A stretch of 64,000 bases of DNA from Phoronis australis (Eukaryota > Animalia > Phoronida): the NCBI GenBank assembly GCA_002633005.1, contig NMRA01000022.1, forward strand, positions 867,357 to 931,356. The letters are read 5' to 3'. The notes beneath the pieces are model-generated. The model was not told where the DNA came from. It was given only the letters and a program-made list of their open reading frames with translations, and did no database searches. Each line of letters begins with the position of its first letter. Position 1 is the first letter of the stretch. The translations under genes were made by a program, and so were the position numbers. Below are positions 62,833 through 64,000 of this stretch, piece by piece.

Positions 62833-64000
62833 TGACAGGTTCTTCAGAGAAGAGTGGTCTCTATGGGGTAAAAAAGGAACCTATTTCAATAGCCGCGAAT
62901 CTTAAAAAAAATCTCTCACATTAATTATTTTCTCAGATAATGACCCACACAAAATCCACACTGAAAAGAAATTAAATACAAGACTCATTATTTTGACTTA
63001 TAACTTATTACCAGATTAGATAAAAATACTTCGTGAAATTTATTGCAAAAATGAAACTAGTGGTCATTGTTCATATCTCTGATTTGAGTCTTCCCGTGAA
63101 GAGATTCCTTGTTTTAGGATGTAGTGATCCGTGAAATTTCCCCAAATTCATGGACGCGAACGAGTGTATTGGAACTGAAGCGGCCGGTGGTAAAGATTTT
63201 GATGGCCCCAACTGAATGGAGGATAGAGTTGATGGGGTCTGAATTACGCACTAAACACTGACATTATCTTCCTGAACCGAATCTCGAGACTATACTACCT
63301 TGCAGACTGAACATTCACCTTCCAGGGTGAGGGTACAGATATTTAAGCCGTTCATAAAGATTTCCCAAGCACACAATCAAATCACAGAGTGTCGCGGCAC
63401 TTGATTAAATATTTTCCTCGTTAATGAGAGAGAAAAAAAAAGACAATTTGAAATGTTAAAATACGCATACAAATCAGATTGTAGCTTAGTATGATAAAAA
63501 TCTGCTCAAATCACTTTAATTTTCCTTGAGATCTACACCAAACTAAAATTTCAGTAGAGTATCTGATAGAGACTAGCAGCGCCCAGCTACTCCTAGTGGC
63601 GGGGAAACGAAGCTTGTATTTATTTGCTTTTCCGAGAAATCAAGGGACGGTTCAGTTGGGAGGTGAATTGTTGTTTGGGTGTCAGGTTAAACCAAAGACG
63701 CTCTACGGTATATGGATAAACCATTTGGTAAATATATTACGTTCGTGTTAATTGTCGGTTCAGTTTCTCACTAAAGGCATGTACATGTAGCACTCACCGA
63801 GTCAACTGGTGTGAAATCATAACCACTGGGCCAAATTTTATTGTATGACCCAGGATCGATTTCGTTGAGTCAGGTCACAGTGAATTGTTCCCAACTGCTT
63901 CCATGTAGGCTTAGCAGGTATTGTACTGTGAATCGTAGAGATTGCAGGTCCCTTGGTCGATTGAAACTAATCAAAATGAAAAGTGCGTAGTGTTAATAAA

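Overview
AT-rich animal genomic DNA from a fragmented draft assembly (N gap at 38900-38952; single-N joins at 32464, 50696, 56548). Spliceosomal introns, the repeat types and the receptor type suggest a marine invertebrate, probably a lophotrochozoan (inference). Three genes can be reconstructed by eye. (1) A four-exon, probably membrane-anchored JmjC/cupin 2-oxoglutarate oxygenase (+, 22450-36494, 355 aa) with an intact HxD...H triad; its last codons and stop are tandemly triplicated in frame. (2) A class A GPCR with one coding exon, of the FMRFamide/MIP-receptor-like type (-, 44050-45195). (3) A two-exon gene that the ORF track only partly shows (+, 53752-53863 joined to 58385-60879, 868 aa). 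It encodes a UvrC/Cho-like GIY-YIG nuclease domain whose YIG glycine is split by the intron, then a Cys cluster, a second degenerate GIY-YIG copy, a long disordered region, an E/R/K-rich helix and a C-terminal CaaX box (CVIS). This putative prenylated tandem GIY-YIG protein is the most unusual object in the window. The remainder is intergenic or intronic DNA containing nested non-autonomous transposons (MITEs with 5-bp TSDs; Helentron-associated elements carrying tandem CTCF-like motifs), decayed LINEs, a Harbinger transposase relic, tandem repeats and a ~1.15 kb duplication that is probably a haplotype artefact. All calls come from reading the sequence; no database search was run.
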